DNA of 64,000 nt, from NCBI GenBank assembly GCA_043800535.1, contig JAZDMV010000023.1, forward strand, positions 27,264 to 91,263. The letters run 5' to 3'. The notes beneath the pieces are model-generated. The model made no database searches. It was not told where the DNA came from and was given only the letters and a program-made list of their open reading frames with translations. Shown one piece after another: positions 48,425 through 58,002 of the stretch (its first letter is position 1; each line of letters begins with the position of its first letter). Both the position numbers and the translations under genes were made by a program. This DNA is from a bacterium (GTDB taxonomy: Bacteria; Patescibacteriota; Minisyncoccia; Portnoybacterales; GWB1-42-6).

Positions 48425-48465
48425 ATCTTTCTCTTTCTAATAAGATATCATAATAAGGCAATATT

Positions 48466-48585
48466 GTCAACCCAGTTAGAGATTTCCCCACAAATCCTAT
48501 GTTTTTATAAAAGGAAGCCGTAGGCGGTTCGCCAAAAAAACTTTCACATATTTCGATTACTCGTTGAAATTCTAACAGGGTCAAC
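48466..48585. mobile_element. GTCAAC-CC...GG-GTCAAC palindromic element
   Basis: ACCCAGTTAGAGATTTC/GAAATTCTAACAGGGT arms; internal AAGCCGTAGGCGGTTCGC shared with the 51080 element. Confidence 0.55.
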
Positions 48586-48596
48586 GGGCCATGCTT

Positions 48597-49502
48597 TTAC
48601 CTTACCGAGACCAGCCGTTTTCGCCTAAAACGCTCCCAACTGACCAAAAGGGTACTGGCAATAAAAATTGAAGAATACGTCCCGAAAAACAGCCCTATGA
48701 TCAGCACCAAAGAAAAATATCTTGTACTTTCCCCGCCAAAAAGAAATACTGCCAGCATCGTCAGGAGCACCACAAGGGATGTATTTATTGAACGGCCCAG
48801 TGTCTGGTTGACGCTGACCTCAACCGTGTTTTCAAAATCAGAACCAACGCCCTTGCGCAGATTTTCGCGGATACGGTCAAACACAACTATTGTGTCGTGG
48901 ACAGAAAAACCAAGAATAGTGAGCAAAGCAGTCACAAAAAGCAGGCCAACTTCAACGTCCATAAAATGCCCGAGCACCGCAAAAAAACCGGTCGGAATGA
49001 CAACGTCATGCAAAAGAGCAATGATTGCCGCCACTCCATATCGCCAAGAAGCAACGGGTTTGGAAACCTTGCGAAATGCATATGCTATATATATGACAAT
49101 CATAAGAAGTACGAAAACGATTGCGTAAACAGCCCGCCGCTGCAATTCCTGGCCTATGACCGGGCCGACTGATTCAAAGCTTTTTTCTTCAACAACGGAA
49201 GAACCGCCCAGATCAGTAATTATTTTTTGATGGGTTTCTTCGTTGATATCACGAAACTTTAAAATGGCACCTTTATCTCCTACCGGCTGAATGCTGATAT
49301 TGCCCAAATCTATCTCAGCCAGCTTCTGCTCAATTGCGGAATTGGCCGGCCGCTCCCCCTTAAACTCAACCTGCAAAAGCGAACCACCGGTAAAATCAAT
49401 GCCTAGTTTCAAACCCCACAAAATCAACGCCAAAATACTGGCGCATAAAAGAATGCCCGAAATTGAGTAGAATATTCGACGATGACTAATGATTGGTATC
49501 AT
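48597..49502 (-). CDS. secF: Protein translocase subunit SecF
   Basis: LGIDFTGG, VGPVIGQEL, HDV and GFSVHDTIVVFDRIREN motifs. Confidence 0.96.
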   Translation of the reverse strand: MIPIISHRRIFYSISGILLCASILALILWGLKLGIDFTGGSLLQVEFKGERPANSAIEQKLAEIDLGNISIQPVGDKGAILKFRDINEETHQKIITDLGGSSVVEEKSFESVGPVIGQELQRRAVYAIVFVLLMIVIYIAYAFRKVSKPVASWRYGVAAIIALLHDVVIPTGFFAVLGHFMDVEVGLLFVTALLTILGFSVHDTIVVFDRIRENLRKGVGSDFENTVEVSVNQTLGRSINTSLVVLLTMLAVFLFGGESTRYFSLVLIIGLFFGTYSSIFIASTLLVSWERFRRKRLVSVR

Positions 49503-49518
49503 AAAAATTTCTAATTTC

Positions 49519-51039
49519 CTAATTCCCTGACTTCTTCACGCCAAACAGCCAAAGCGAATTTTCAAGCCCCGGCCTCATAATAAGTTTCAAAAATATCCTC
49601 GTGACAGTTATGGCTGAAAACATACTTACAAAAATGCCCAGCGCCAAAGTTAAAGCAAACCCTTTGATGATGCTTGTGCCGAGCCAGAATAAAATCGCGC
49701 ATGTTATAAGCGAAGAAACATTAGAATCACGAATGGAAGTCCATGCTCGCTTAAACCCCTCATCAACTGCAGTGGCCAGGCCTCTGCCCCAGCGCAATTC
49801 TTCTTTGACGCGCGCAAATATCAATATATTAGCGTCAACCGCCATTCCAATTGATAAAATAACGCCCGCAATGCCTGCTAGAGTCAAGGTGACAGAAAAT
49901 AATTTAAAAAGTGTAAGCACGATTGCCGTATATATCAAAAGCGCAGCAACGGCCACGAGGCCAGGCAGACGATACCAGAAAATCATAAAAAGTATAACCG
50001 CTGCCAGGCCGATAATTCCGGCAAGCAAGCTGGCACGAAGCGATATCTCGCCCAAAGACGGGCCGATTGTCTCTTGGTTTATCAAATTTATCGGCACGGG
50101 CAGAGCGCCGGCATTAAGCCGCTGCGCAAGAGTCTTTACCTCTGCGTCAGTGAAATTGCCGGTTATCTGCGCCTTGCCTCCTGTTATTGCATCCTGGACG
50201 CGCGGAATGCTTATCGGTTCGTCATCAAGATAGATTGCCACGGGTTTTCCGACGTTGCGTTTCGTGATTTCTTCAAAAAGCTTAGCACCTTCGTCATTGA
50301 ACTGAAGCGAAACCATCGACCGGTATGTCGTGTTATCAAAATTGACCTGGGCGTTTGCCAGATACTTGCCATTCAGCCCTGTTGACATAAAACATGGGTC
50401 ATTAGCCGAACCATATAAACGCAAGAAAGTAATAAACTCCGTCGGGTTGTCACAAATTGCATCTTTGATCTGCGCCGCGGTCGTTGTGCCAACCGTTTTA
50501 TCCAAAATCTGGTCGCGCTGGTCTGCCGGCCGCTCTTCCTTAAATTCCAGGAAAGGCGTCTCGCCTATCATTTTTATCGCCTGATTAATATCCTTGACGC
50601 CAGCCAGTTCAACTATTAAACGATGGTGCTCGCCAACAGTGTCTATCTGCACTACCGGCTCGGCGATGCCAAAAGCATTTACCCTTCGCTCGATGACGTC
50701 ACGCACGCCCTGCATTGCGTCGTTTATGCTAGCGGAGCCGATTTGACTTAAATCCGCCTCATATACCAGGTGTGTTCCGCCCAAAAGGTCAAGGCCAAGA
50801 CGGAATGGTTTATTGAAAAAATGCGGGATGTTGGGCAGACTTTTTAAAAAACTGACGTTATTTTTGCCGGCGTTCAGCCAGTCAGCCCCTTTGTCCCAGG
50901 CCCTCGGGTAATCCAAAAATGCGCAAAAAAGCGCGACCGCCACAACCAAGATCGCGATCCAGGCGTTGCGTGATATTTTGCCTTGGCTAAAAAATAAAAA
51001 CCTGAAAGGTTTTAAAATTATTTCGGTTATTTTTGCCAT
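49519..51039 (-). CDS. secD: Protein translocase subunit SecD
   Basis: LGLDLLGG, ERRVNAFGIAEP, GALPVP and GMAVDANILIF motifs. Confidence 0.96.
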   Translation of the reverse strand: MAKITEIILKPFRFLFFSQGKISRNAWIAILVVAVALFCAFLDYPRAWDKGADWLNAGKNNVSFLKSLPNIPHFFNKPFRLGLDLLGGTHLVYEADLSQIGSASINDAMQGVRDVIERRVNAFGIAEPVVQIDTVGEHHRLIVELAGVKDINQAIKMIGETPFLEFKEERPADQRDQILDKTVGTTTAAQIKDAICDNPTEFITFLRLYGSANDPCFMSTGLNGKYLANAQVNFDNTTYRSMVSLQFNDEGAKLFEEITKRNVGKPVAIYLDDEPISIPRVQDAITGGKAQITGNFTDAEVKTLAQRLNAGALPVPINLINQETIGPSLGEISLRASLLAGIIGLAAVILFMIFWYRLPGLVAVAALLIYTAIVLTLFKLFSVTLTLAGIAGVILSIGMAVDANILIFARVKEELRWGRGLATAVDEGFKRAWTSIRDSNVSSLITCAILFWLGTSIIKGFALTLALGIFVSMFSAITVTRIFLKLIMRPGLENSLWLFGVKKSGN

Positions 51040-51079
51040 ACAATATTATATTGGCAATATACTACATAAATGCTTTTTT

Positions 51080-51197
51080 GTCCACCCCGCCTAGAAGTTA
51101 CTCAAAAAATTGCCGACATTTACAAGAGCAAGCCGCAGGCGATTCGCTGGAAAACATTCACCAACCAAACACGTTGTCGAACTTCTGGCGGGGTCAA
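51080..51197. mobile_element. GTCCAC-CCC...GGG-GTCAA palindromic element
   Basis: ACCCCGCCTAGAAGTT/AACTTCTGGCGGGGT arms; internal AAGCCGCAGGCGATTCGC. Confidence 0.55.
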
Positions 51198-51215
51198 AAC
51201 TTTTTTTGTTGTTGA

Positions 51216-51244
51216 GCGGCGCCCCGCACGGTGCGGGGCGCCGC
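51216..51244. repeat. CCCCGCACGGTGCGGGG palindrome
   Basis: GCGGCGCCCCGCAC-G-GTGCGGGGCGCCGC. Confidence 0.65.
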
Positions 51245-51319
51245 GGCTATCTTCCCTGTAATGATCAGACGCCTGAAAAAAATCAGGCCGGACAAAAATG
51301 TCCGACCTGCCTTTACAAC

Positions 51320-52048
51320 TTACCTGATTTTTTTCATCAGGGCTCTGATCTTTACAATCTGATCCCCTAGGTTTTCTCTCTTAGCAATTCCCATCGCCTC
51401 CAAACAAAAGGACATAGCCACTATTTTGTAATCCACGGGCCGGCTTTTTTTCCGGCGCAGCATATGCGCTCCTAACGCCCTAAGGACCCTGACGCGGGTG
51501 TCGCTTTTTACACTTACCATCCTCTGTGCCTCACCAAAATAAATTCCCCCGTCATCAGCTTTCTGCCTGTCTCTTATCTCGCCAAGTTTTATCTTAAGCA
51601 GAGCCAAGCTGTCAGTACAGATATCACTCCTTGACAGTGCTTCGTTGATGCATTTAAGCGCATCTTCGTAATGCCCGGGCCTGAAAAACGCGGCGGCCAG
51701 AATGCTTGCTCTGATATCAAGCTGGCCCACGGTCATGTTTTTAAGACCGACAACCTCGTCCGACAATCTTAACGCCTTGCACAGCGCCCAGATCGCCCTT
51801 GGCAGCCAAAAAATAGCCAGCAGCCAATTCTGCCTTGCCCGTGCCAAAGCATTGCCCCAGGCAGTATAATACGTGCTTGAAAGCGCCATCAAACCCTCAA
51901 GCTCCTTACCCTTCGCCTTCAGATATTTATAGCGCAGGCGACTCCAGGCAATCGCGCCACCCTTGCCCCAAAGTTTCCCCTGCCGGGTCAATGTATAGAC
52001 CTTCTGTCCTACATCATCTCCGTAATCATCTCTTGCTTTTTCGTCCAT
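51320..52048 (-). CDS. Hypothetical helical-repeat (TPR-like) orphan protein
   Basis: 242-aa ORF, AAGGAGG SD, TTGACA-17-TATATT promoter at 52096-52124. Confidence 0.6.
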   Translation of the reverse strand: MDEKARDDYGDDVGQKVYTLTRQGKLWGKGGAIAWSRLRYKYLKAKGKELEGLMALSSTYYTAWGNALARARQNWLLAIFWLPRAIWALCKALRLSDEVVGLKNMTVGQLDIRASILAAAFFRPGHYEDALKCINEALSRSDICTDSLALLKIKLGEIRDRQKADDGGIYFGEAQRMVSVKSDTRVRVLRALGAHMLRRKKSRPVDYKIVAMSFCLEAMGIAKRENLGDQIVKIRALMKKIR

Positions 52049-52150
52049 TTTATCCCTCCTTTATAAAAATAGTATGTACAAAATTCAGATATAATAATAT
52101 ACCATGTGCTGTATTTCTTGTCAAAAAAAGGCCCCTGACTTAGCGGGCCT

Positions 52151-52660
52151 TTAATTTAATGAATCAACCACCGTAACCTCCCATTTAAGAACTTCGCACC
52201 CCTCTGGACTGTTAAACAGCGCCTTGCCACGAAACTTATCGCGTCTCAGGAGTAACGGAAGCCAATACCTATCAACCTGCCACATGTCATCATAAGGAAT
52301 ATCTTCGATTCTGAATTTTTGTGGGCGCATCTCGTTTGTTTCTTCCGCCTTCCCTTCCCATTTATCCGCCAGATAAGCATGCATCTCCACGATCAGCGGC
52401 ACTTCTGTAAATTCAAATTCCATAATTCCCTGCTTCTCTAATCTTTGTACTGAAATCCCGGCGCCTTCGAGGCCTCCTGTTTCCTCCCACACCTCCCTCA
52501 CTGCAATTGTGTCAATCCACTCGTCCGCCTCCTGTTTGCCTCCAAAACCATTCCATTTTCCGGCACCGAACAATCCCTCTTTTTTCATCCCCAACCAGAT
52601 CTCTCCTGTTTCAGGAATTGTGACGAAACACACCGTCGCTACTATTCTTTTCTTCTCCAT
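52151..52660 (-). CDS. NUDIX hydrolase, MTH1/8-oxo-dGTPase-like
   Basis: GAGKWNGFGGK..REVWEE, ETNEMRP and IPYDDMW motifs; GAGGAGG SD before ATG 52660. Confidence 0.85.
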   Translation of the reverse strand: MEKKRIVATVCFVTIPETGEIWLGMKKEGLFGAGKWNGFGGKQEADEWIDTIAVREVWEETGGLEGAGISVQRLEKQGIMEFEFTEVPLIVEMHAYLADKWEGKAEETNEMRPQKFRIEDIPYDDMWQVDRYWLPLLLRRDKFRGKALFNSPEGCEVLKWEVTVVDSLN

Positions 52661-52701
52661 AAATCCCTCCTCTTTTTTCAAAAAACAAATTTATCAGCAA
52701 A

Positions 52702-53250
52702 TTATTTGCTCGTATTTTGACCAACCGCCGGAAGCTCTGACAACTGCGACTTGCCGATAGCGAAGATTAATTTGTCAGAAAACGGATTCCCTTCCTTGCC
52801 CATTAAGGCAAGCGCGCAGGTCCGGTGCATTCCCTCTACCACGAAAATCCGGCCATCGCTCAAATGAAGAGCGGATACAACTGATTCTTTCGGATAATTC
52901 TCCATCATTGCCCGAATGGTAACGTTATTGGCAATAGCGGCACGGGAAGCCAGGTCAGAAAATGACTTTGTTTTTTCTCCATCATACTGCCTTTCTATCC
53001 AGGTCCTGAAAGGCCCTCCAAACCAATCACAGACCACCAAAGAAGGATCTAAAACTTCATAGAAGCCCCAGCTGGCTTTGGCGCATTCAAAGCGTCTTGC
53101 ATATCCTTTTATACGCCATTCGGCCCAGGAAGCAAATCCTCTTTCCTTGGCAAGCTGATTCCAGTTTGCCTTTTCTCCCTCGCTCTTATACCAGCAAAGA
53201 AAAACTTCCTCCCATTCACATTCTCTTATTAATTTAATCTGCTCGTTCAT
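52702..53250 (-). CDS. Hypothetical protein (weak ParB-like EGMHR motif)
   Basis: 182-aa ORF, AAGGAGG SD, VVEGMHRTCAL. Confidence 0.6.
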   Translation of the reverse strand: MNEQIKLIRECEWEEVFLCWYKSEGEKANWNQLAKERGFASWAEWRIKGYARRFECAKASWGFYEVLDPSLVVCDWFGGPFRTWIERQYDGEKTKSFSDLASRAAIANNVTIRAMMENYPKESVVSALHLSDGRIFVVEGMHRTCALALMGKEGNPFSDKLIFAIGKSQLSELPAVGQNTSK

Positions 53251-53298
53251 TTTTTCCTCCTTTCTATTTTATTATTTATTATTTTTATTAAAGCATCC

Positions 53299-53646
53299 CT
53301 ATTCCAGCCCAAACGCTATCAAACCGTATTTTTTGATTTTTTCACGGTAATTCGGAAAGCTATGATAAATTTTTTCCAGTTCTTCTTTCGTTTTTAACCT
53401 CGGATCAATGTCTTTAACCTTATATCTTTTCAGCATTGCAGCTATGGATCTGAAAGTTTGCACCCGCTTAACTTTTTTCTCAAAATTTTTCTTCCCGCAG
53501 ACCAAAACCAGCGTGTCTCCGGCTTTAATGTCCCTGTATTTTTCCGTCCCCGCCCGCGTTTCAATTTTTTTCCGGCCATCGCGGATCGCCTCAAAAATAT
53601 CTTTGTTGACTGCACGGAATTTTAATATCGCAATTTTATTTGCCAT
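53299..53646 (-). CDS. ASCH domain protein
   Basis: FEAIRDGRKKIETR...IKAGD motif; start overlaps secA-tail copy 2. Confidence 0.85.
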   Translation of the reverse strand: MANKIAILKFRAVNKDIFEAIRDGRKKIETRAGTEKYRDIKAGDTLVLVCGKKNFEKKVKRVQTFRSIAAMLKRYKVKDIDPRLKTKEELEKIYHSFPNYREKIKKYGLIAFGLE

Positions 53647-53684
53647 AGCGTTTCTTATATTTATTTCAGCGTCCGCAGGAATTA
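53636..53684 (-). repeat. Degenerate copy 2 of the secA 3' end with cassette junction
   Basis: TAATTCC TGC GGA CGC TGA AAT AAA TAT AAG AAA CGC TAT GGC AAA TAA; 33/42 nt identical to secA 54662-54703. Confidence 0.75.
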
Positions 53685-53686
53685 CA

Positions 53687-54199
53687 TCAGTCAATACTTA
53701 TCTCGCTAAAAATCTGCTCTGATGATTTGTCTGTAGCATCTATAAATTTAATACCGAGTTCATTCGCCTTCCGTTCTATTTCTTCAGCATACCTTAAAGC
53801 ATTCTCAAGCTGATAATCAGTTCTGCCCATAGGGTTTTCCCTACTCGCGTGACGTAAATTTTTGGCAAGAATTTGCGAGTCAACTTTCAAAAAGTATACC
53901 CTATCAAACAAATCGATAACGCTGAAAATATTTCCCGATAATCCAAACAGATAAATTTCTTTCTGCTTGTCGAGGAATTCTTTTAAGAATTTCCTATCCC
54001 AGAGAAATTTGTGATTATCGAGAAATTCTTTACTGGCATCCTTTGGATATTCAACCTTATCTCCTTTCCCATCAAACCAGTCAGATAAACCATCAATTAA
54101 ATCTGCGTCAACAGCGTTAATACCACGCCTTCTTAATTCAGCCGAAACATGAGTCTTGCCCGAACCAGATGAACCAATAATTAATATTTTCTTGCGCAT
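53687..54199 (-). CDS. P-loop kinase (shikimate/nucleoside kinase-like)
   Basis: IIGSSGSGKT, DAD and R..NPMG motifs. Confidence 0.75.
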   Translation of the reverse strand: MRKKILIIGSSGSGKTHVSAELRRRGINAVDADLIDGLSDWFDGKGDKVEYPKDASKEFLDNHKFLWDRKFLKEFLDKQKEIYLFGLSGNIFSVIDLFDRVYFLKVDSQILAKNLRHASRENPMGRTDYQLENALRYAEEIERKANELGIKFIDATDKSSEQIFSEISID

Positions 54200-54206
54200 A
54201 TTCTTG

Positions 54207-54255
54207 TTATCTCCCATGACATTTTTTGAATTTATTTCTGCGTCCGCAGGAATTA
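54207..54255 (-). repeat. Degenerate copy 1 of the secA 3' end with cassette junction
   Basis: TAATTCC TGC GGA CGC AGA AAT AAA TTC AAA AAA TGT CAT GGG AGA TAA (CGRRNKFKKCHGR*); 31/42 nt identical to secA. Confidence 0.75.
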
Positions 54256-54660
54256 TTTGTTCTTCAAGGCATCTTTTACCTGATTTATGTGATGCTCGAA
54301 ATGTGGTTCATCTCCTTCGTCAAATACCCAACTCATATGCGGCCTCTGCCTAATTTTATTTTCGCCGAATTTTTGGATATTATCTTCCAGTATTACCTGC
54401 CATTTTTCCAATTCAGATATAAGTGCCACTGGAGAATAGTTTTCGAACTCACGATAAATTCTGTCATTGAATTTATCGTAATTGTCCGTCGACATAAACC
54501 ATGGTTCCTTTCCTGTTTCAAAAACCTTTTCCAACTCATTAGCACACTCTCTTTCCCATCCGACTAAATGAGATAAAACATCTTTTACCTGCCATTTTTT
54601 CGTTACAGAAACTTTCCAATCTGATTCTTTAAGGGTTTTAAAAAAGGTTATTGTGTCCAT
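54253..54660 (-). CDS. DinB/DfsB-like four-helix bundle protein
   Basis: WQVKDVLSHLVGWE...HFEHH; start ATG at 54660, one base after the secA stop. Confidence 0.75.
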   Translation of the reverse strand: MDTITFFKTLKESDWKVSVTKKWQVKDVLSHLVGWERECANELEKVFETGKEPWFMSTDNYDKFNDRIYREFENYSPVALISELEKWQVILEDNIQKFGENKIRQRPHMSWVFDEGDEPHFEHHINQVKDALKNK

Positions 54661-54661
54661 G

Positions 54662-57391
54662 CTATTTTCCATGGCACTTCTTATATTTCTTTCCACTTCC
54701 GCACCAGCAAGGGTCGTTGCGGCCCAGCTTAGCTGGGCTTGAGCCCCGCTGAGCGGGGCGGCCAATGTTTTTGTTACCTGAGGCAGAAGCAGATGGGTCG
54801 GTGCCACGATTTTCGCGCGCTTGCGCCAAAGGCAATTCTTGTCGCGGAGCGTCTTTTGCCAGCACGACTTTATAGATTGATTTTACAATATTTGACTCAA
54901 TCGCCGCCAGCAGATCCCGAAATAATCTGTGGCCTTCGTTTTTGTATTCAACCAGCGGGTCTTTCTGGCCATAAGCTCTTAATCTGACGCTGTCGCGCAG
55001 ATGCTCCATATTATCCAAGTGATCCATCCAGAAAATATCGATCGTCCGCAGGGTTAAAAACTTTTCAATTTCGCGCATGCTTTGCGGCCCGACTTCTTTT
55101 TCTTTCAGTTCATAGGCATTTCTGGCGGCTTCCAGCAAATAATTTATTATCTCATCCCGCTCTTTTAATTCCCGAATTTTTTGCTGGGCGTTAATTGGCA
55201 AAGGAAATATGGAATTTGCCGCTTCATAAATTTCTTTCAGATTCCATTCGCTCGCGTCTCCGGCCGTATTAAATTCCACCAGCCCCCGAACTTCTTTTCC
55301 TATCCATTCGCTGACCTGTTCGCGCAGATCAGCCCGTTTGTCATCGCGAGGAGCCGAGTCATCGAGGTGACGCGGCGATCCCGTGTTATGATTTTCTGCG
55401 GGATTGCTTCGCTCGCCCCCTCCAAGCGGGGTCTCGCTCTCAATGACACGACTTTTGCTTTCCAATATTTCTTTTCTCCATCTATAGATCCTCTCTCTCT
55501 GCTTATTCATCACGTCATCGTAATCAAGGACGTGTTTCCTGACATCAAAATTATATCCCTCGATCTTGGCCTGCGCGCCTTCAATCGCTTTTGATATCAT
55601 TCCGTTTTCTATTGCTTCGTCTTCCGGCATTTTCAAAACTTCCATCATCCGCTTAATTCTGTCCGAGCCAAAAATACGCATTAGATCGTCCTCCAACGAA
55701 ACAAAAAATTGTGAAGAACCCGGGTCGCCTTGACGTCCCGCTCTGCCGCGCAACTGGTTATCAATTCTCCGCGCCTCATGGCGCTCCGTGCCCAAAATAT
55801 GTAGGCCACCTGCCTCCACAACGCCTTCGCCAAGTTTAATATCAACGCCGCGGCCCGCCATATTGGTTGCCACTGTCACCGCGCCTTTTTGCCCTGCCTG
55901 CGCGATGATCTGCGCTTCCTGTTCGTGGTTTTTAGCATTCAAAAGCTGATGCGGAATGCCTTCTTTTTTAAGATAAGCGGATAAAAGTTCGTTTTTTTCT
56001 ATGGAAACAGTGCCCACAAGCACTGGCTGGCCAATTTTGTGTTTCTCTTTTATTTCCCGAACCACGGCGATAAATTTGCCGTTTTCCGTGCGATAGATCC
56101 TGTCACGCAGATCCTGACGCACCATGGGCTTGTTTGTCGGCGCAACCACCACCTCAAGCTTATAAACTTTGAAGAATTCCTCCGCGTTTGTTGCCGCGGT
56201 TCCCGTCATGCCGGCCAATTTATCATACATACGAAAATAATTCTGGAACGTAATTGTGGCCAATGTGCGCGACTCCTGCTGAACTTTAACGCCTTCTTTT
56301 GCCTCGATCGCCTGATGAAGGCCTTCTGAATACCGGCGGCCAAACATCAAACGGCCCGTAAAATCGTCCACAATGATAGCTTCACCATCTTTCACCACAT
56401 AATCCTTATCAAGTTTGAAAAGCACTTCCGCCCGCAATGCCTGTTCTAAATGATGAACATATCTTATGCCGCCTTCATTATAAATATCCATGCCCAGAAT
56501 TTTTTCAACTTTCGCAATGCCTTCCTCGCTTAAGCTAACCGTCCGCATTTTTTCATCAATTGTGTAATCTTCTTCTGCTTTTAATTTGGGCACGATCCTG
56601 GAAAAAGTTTCATATAGTTTTCCGGAATCAGCATCCGGCGCTGAAATAATAAGCGGCGTCCGCGCCTCGTCGATCAAAATTGAATCCACCTCGTCCACTA
56701 TCGCGTAGTGATGGCCTCGCTGAGCCATTTGCGACAGATCCTGCACCATGTTGTCCCGCAGATAATCAAATCCAAATTCGTTATTTGTGCCGTAAGTAAT
56801 ATCTGCCTGATAAGCAAGCGGGCGCGGCACTTCTTTTAAATTTTGCATTTCAACTGTGACTTCGTTTCTGTCCGGGCCGGAATGCGGTTCAAAAAGATAT
56901 GCTTTATCATGCACGACACAGCCGACCGAAACACCGAGTGCCTGATAAATCGGCCCCATCCAGTTGGTGTCACGTTTGGAAAGATAGTCGTTGACAGTGA
57001 CAACGTGCACGCCTTTGCCTTCCAGAGAGTTTAAATAAATTGCCAGGGTTGAGGCCAAAGTTTTGCCTTCGCCTGTTTTCATTTCCGCGATACGCCCCTG
57101 ATGTAAGACAGTCCCACCAAGAAGCTGCACATCAAAATGCCGCTGACCAAGCGTTCGTTTTGAAGCCTCGCGCACCGCGGCAAATGCCTCGGGCAGAAGC
57201 TCGTCCAGCGCCTCACCTCCGCCAACTGGCGGATTCAGGCGCTTACGAAATTCTTCAGTTTTTCCCTTAAGCTGCGGATCAGAAAGCGCCTCAAATTCTT
57301 TTTCCAACCCGTTGATCTTTTCAACCAACGGCATAAGTCTTGAGGCCTGCCGCTCATCCGCACTGCCGAAAATTTTAGATAGAATAGACAT
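54662..57391 (-). CDS. secA: Protein translocase subunit SecA with repeat-derived insertions
   Basis: [45 protein letters not shown] and [23 protein letters not shown] motifs. Confidence 0.98.
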   Translation of the reverse strand: MSILSKIFGSADERQASRLMPLVEKINGLEKEFEALSDPQLKGKTEEFRKRLNPPVGGGEALDELLPEAFAAVREASKRTLGQRHFDVQLLGGTVLHQGRIAEMKTGEGKTLASTLAIYLNSLEGKGVHVVTVNDYLSKRDTNWMGPIYQALGVSVGCVVHDKAYLFEPHSGPDRNEVTVEMQNLKEVPRPLAYQADITYGTNNEFGFDYLRDNMVQDLSQMAQRGHHYAIVDEVDSILIDEARTPLIISAPDADSGKLYETFSRIVPKLKAEEDYTIDEKMRTVSLSEEGIAKVEKILGMDIYNEGGIRYVHHLEQALRAEVLFKLDKDYVVKDGEAIIVDDFTGRLMFGRRYSEGLHQAIEAKEGVKVQQESRTLATITFQNYFRMYDKLAGMTGTAATNAEEFFKVYKLEVVVAPTNKPMVRQDLRDRIYRTENGKFIAVVREIKEKHKIGQPVLVGTVSIEKNELLSAYLKKEGIPHQLLNAKNHEQEAQIIAQAGQKGAVTVATNMAGRGVDIKLGEGVVEAGGLHILGTERHEARRIDNQLRGRAGRQGDPGSSQFFVSLEDDLMRIFGSDRIKRMMEVLKMPEDEAIENGMISKAIEGAQAKIEGYNFDVRKHVLDYDDVMNKQRERIYRWRKEILESKSRVIESETPLGGGERSNPAENHNTGSPRHLDDSAPRDDKRADLREQVSEWIGKEVRGLVEFNTAGDASEWNLKEIYEAANSIFPLPINAQQKIRELKERDEIINYLLEAARNAYELKEKEVGPQSMREIEKFLTLRTIDIFWMDHLDNMEHLRDSVRLRAYGQKDPLVEYKNEGHRLFRDLLAAIESNIVKSIYKVVLAKDAPRQELPLAQARENRGTDPSASASGNKNIGRPAQRGSSPAKLGRNDPCWCGSGKKYKKCHGK

Positions 57392-57569
57392 TGATCAAAA
57401 TTCAGAATTAAGAATTTAGAATAAACTATACTCTTAAATCTTCTTTATCATTCTACTCTCATTTGACAAAAAATCAATCCTTCGACATAGCTTGAAATTA
57501 TGCAAAAATAAAAGGCAGAAAGGCCTTTTTCTATAACAGGCCTCCCTGCCTTATCTCTATAAAAAATCC

Positions 57570-57845
57570 TTACAGCTGCATAGCCTTTGCCACGCGTGGT
57601 ATTATTACTCCCTGAAGATAGTTCCTCCTAAATATCAATTTCTCCTTCTTCCCCTCGGGCAGCGCCTTACGTTTCAATTTTGCCTCAATGGCAGTTACTT
57701 CTCGCTGGTGCCCTTCAAATCTTTGCCACGTCTTTCTTACTATGTTTTCTTCATCTACCATCATTTCACCCCCTAATTTAATTTCCTCTACCAGTCTACC
57801 AGGTCTAGAAAAACTCATTATTCCGCAACCGAAATCATTAACCAA
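57570..57845 (-). CDS. Small hypothetical protein
   Basis: AAGGAGGTG before TTG 57845; alternative GGGGGTG SD before ATG 57764; terminator-like hairpin at ~57512-57552. Confidence 0.4.
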   Translation of the reverse strand: MVNDFGCGIMSFSRPGRLVEEIKLGGEMMVDEENIVRKTWQRFEGHQREVTAIEAKLKRKALPEGKKEKLIFRRNYLQGVIIPRVAKAMQL

Positions 57846-58002
57846 AACACCACCTCCTTCCTCTATTAAAATACACACTCAAACTATATGTGCTGTAAGT
57901 AAAAGAACCAAAAATCTGGCCTAAGCCAGATTTATTATTACTCGCCTGTTCAATTTTGTCAACAACATTATCAACAACCGCAAAAAGCACAGACGATTAT
58001 CT

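Noticed and set aside
52684-52704. TAATTTGCTGATAAATT as a fourth secA-tail junction
   Set aside because: Too short and AT-rich to distinguish from chance
54661-54807. Extended N-terminus of the DinB-like ORF overlapping secA
   Set aside because: It is an alternative frame of the secA tail; ATG 54660 gives a family-sized protein
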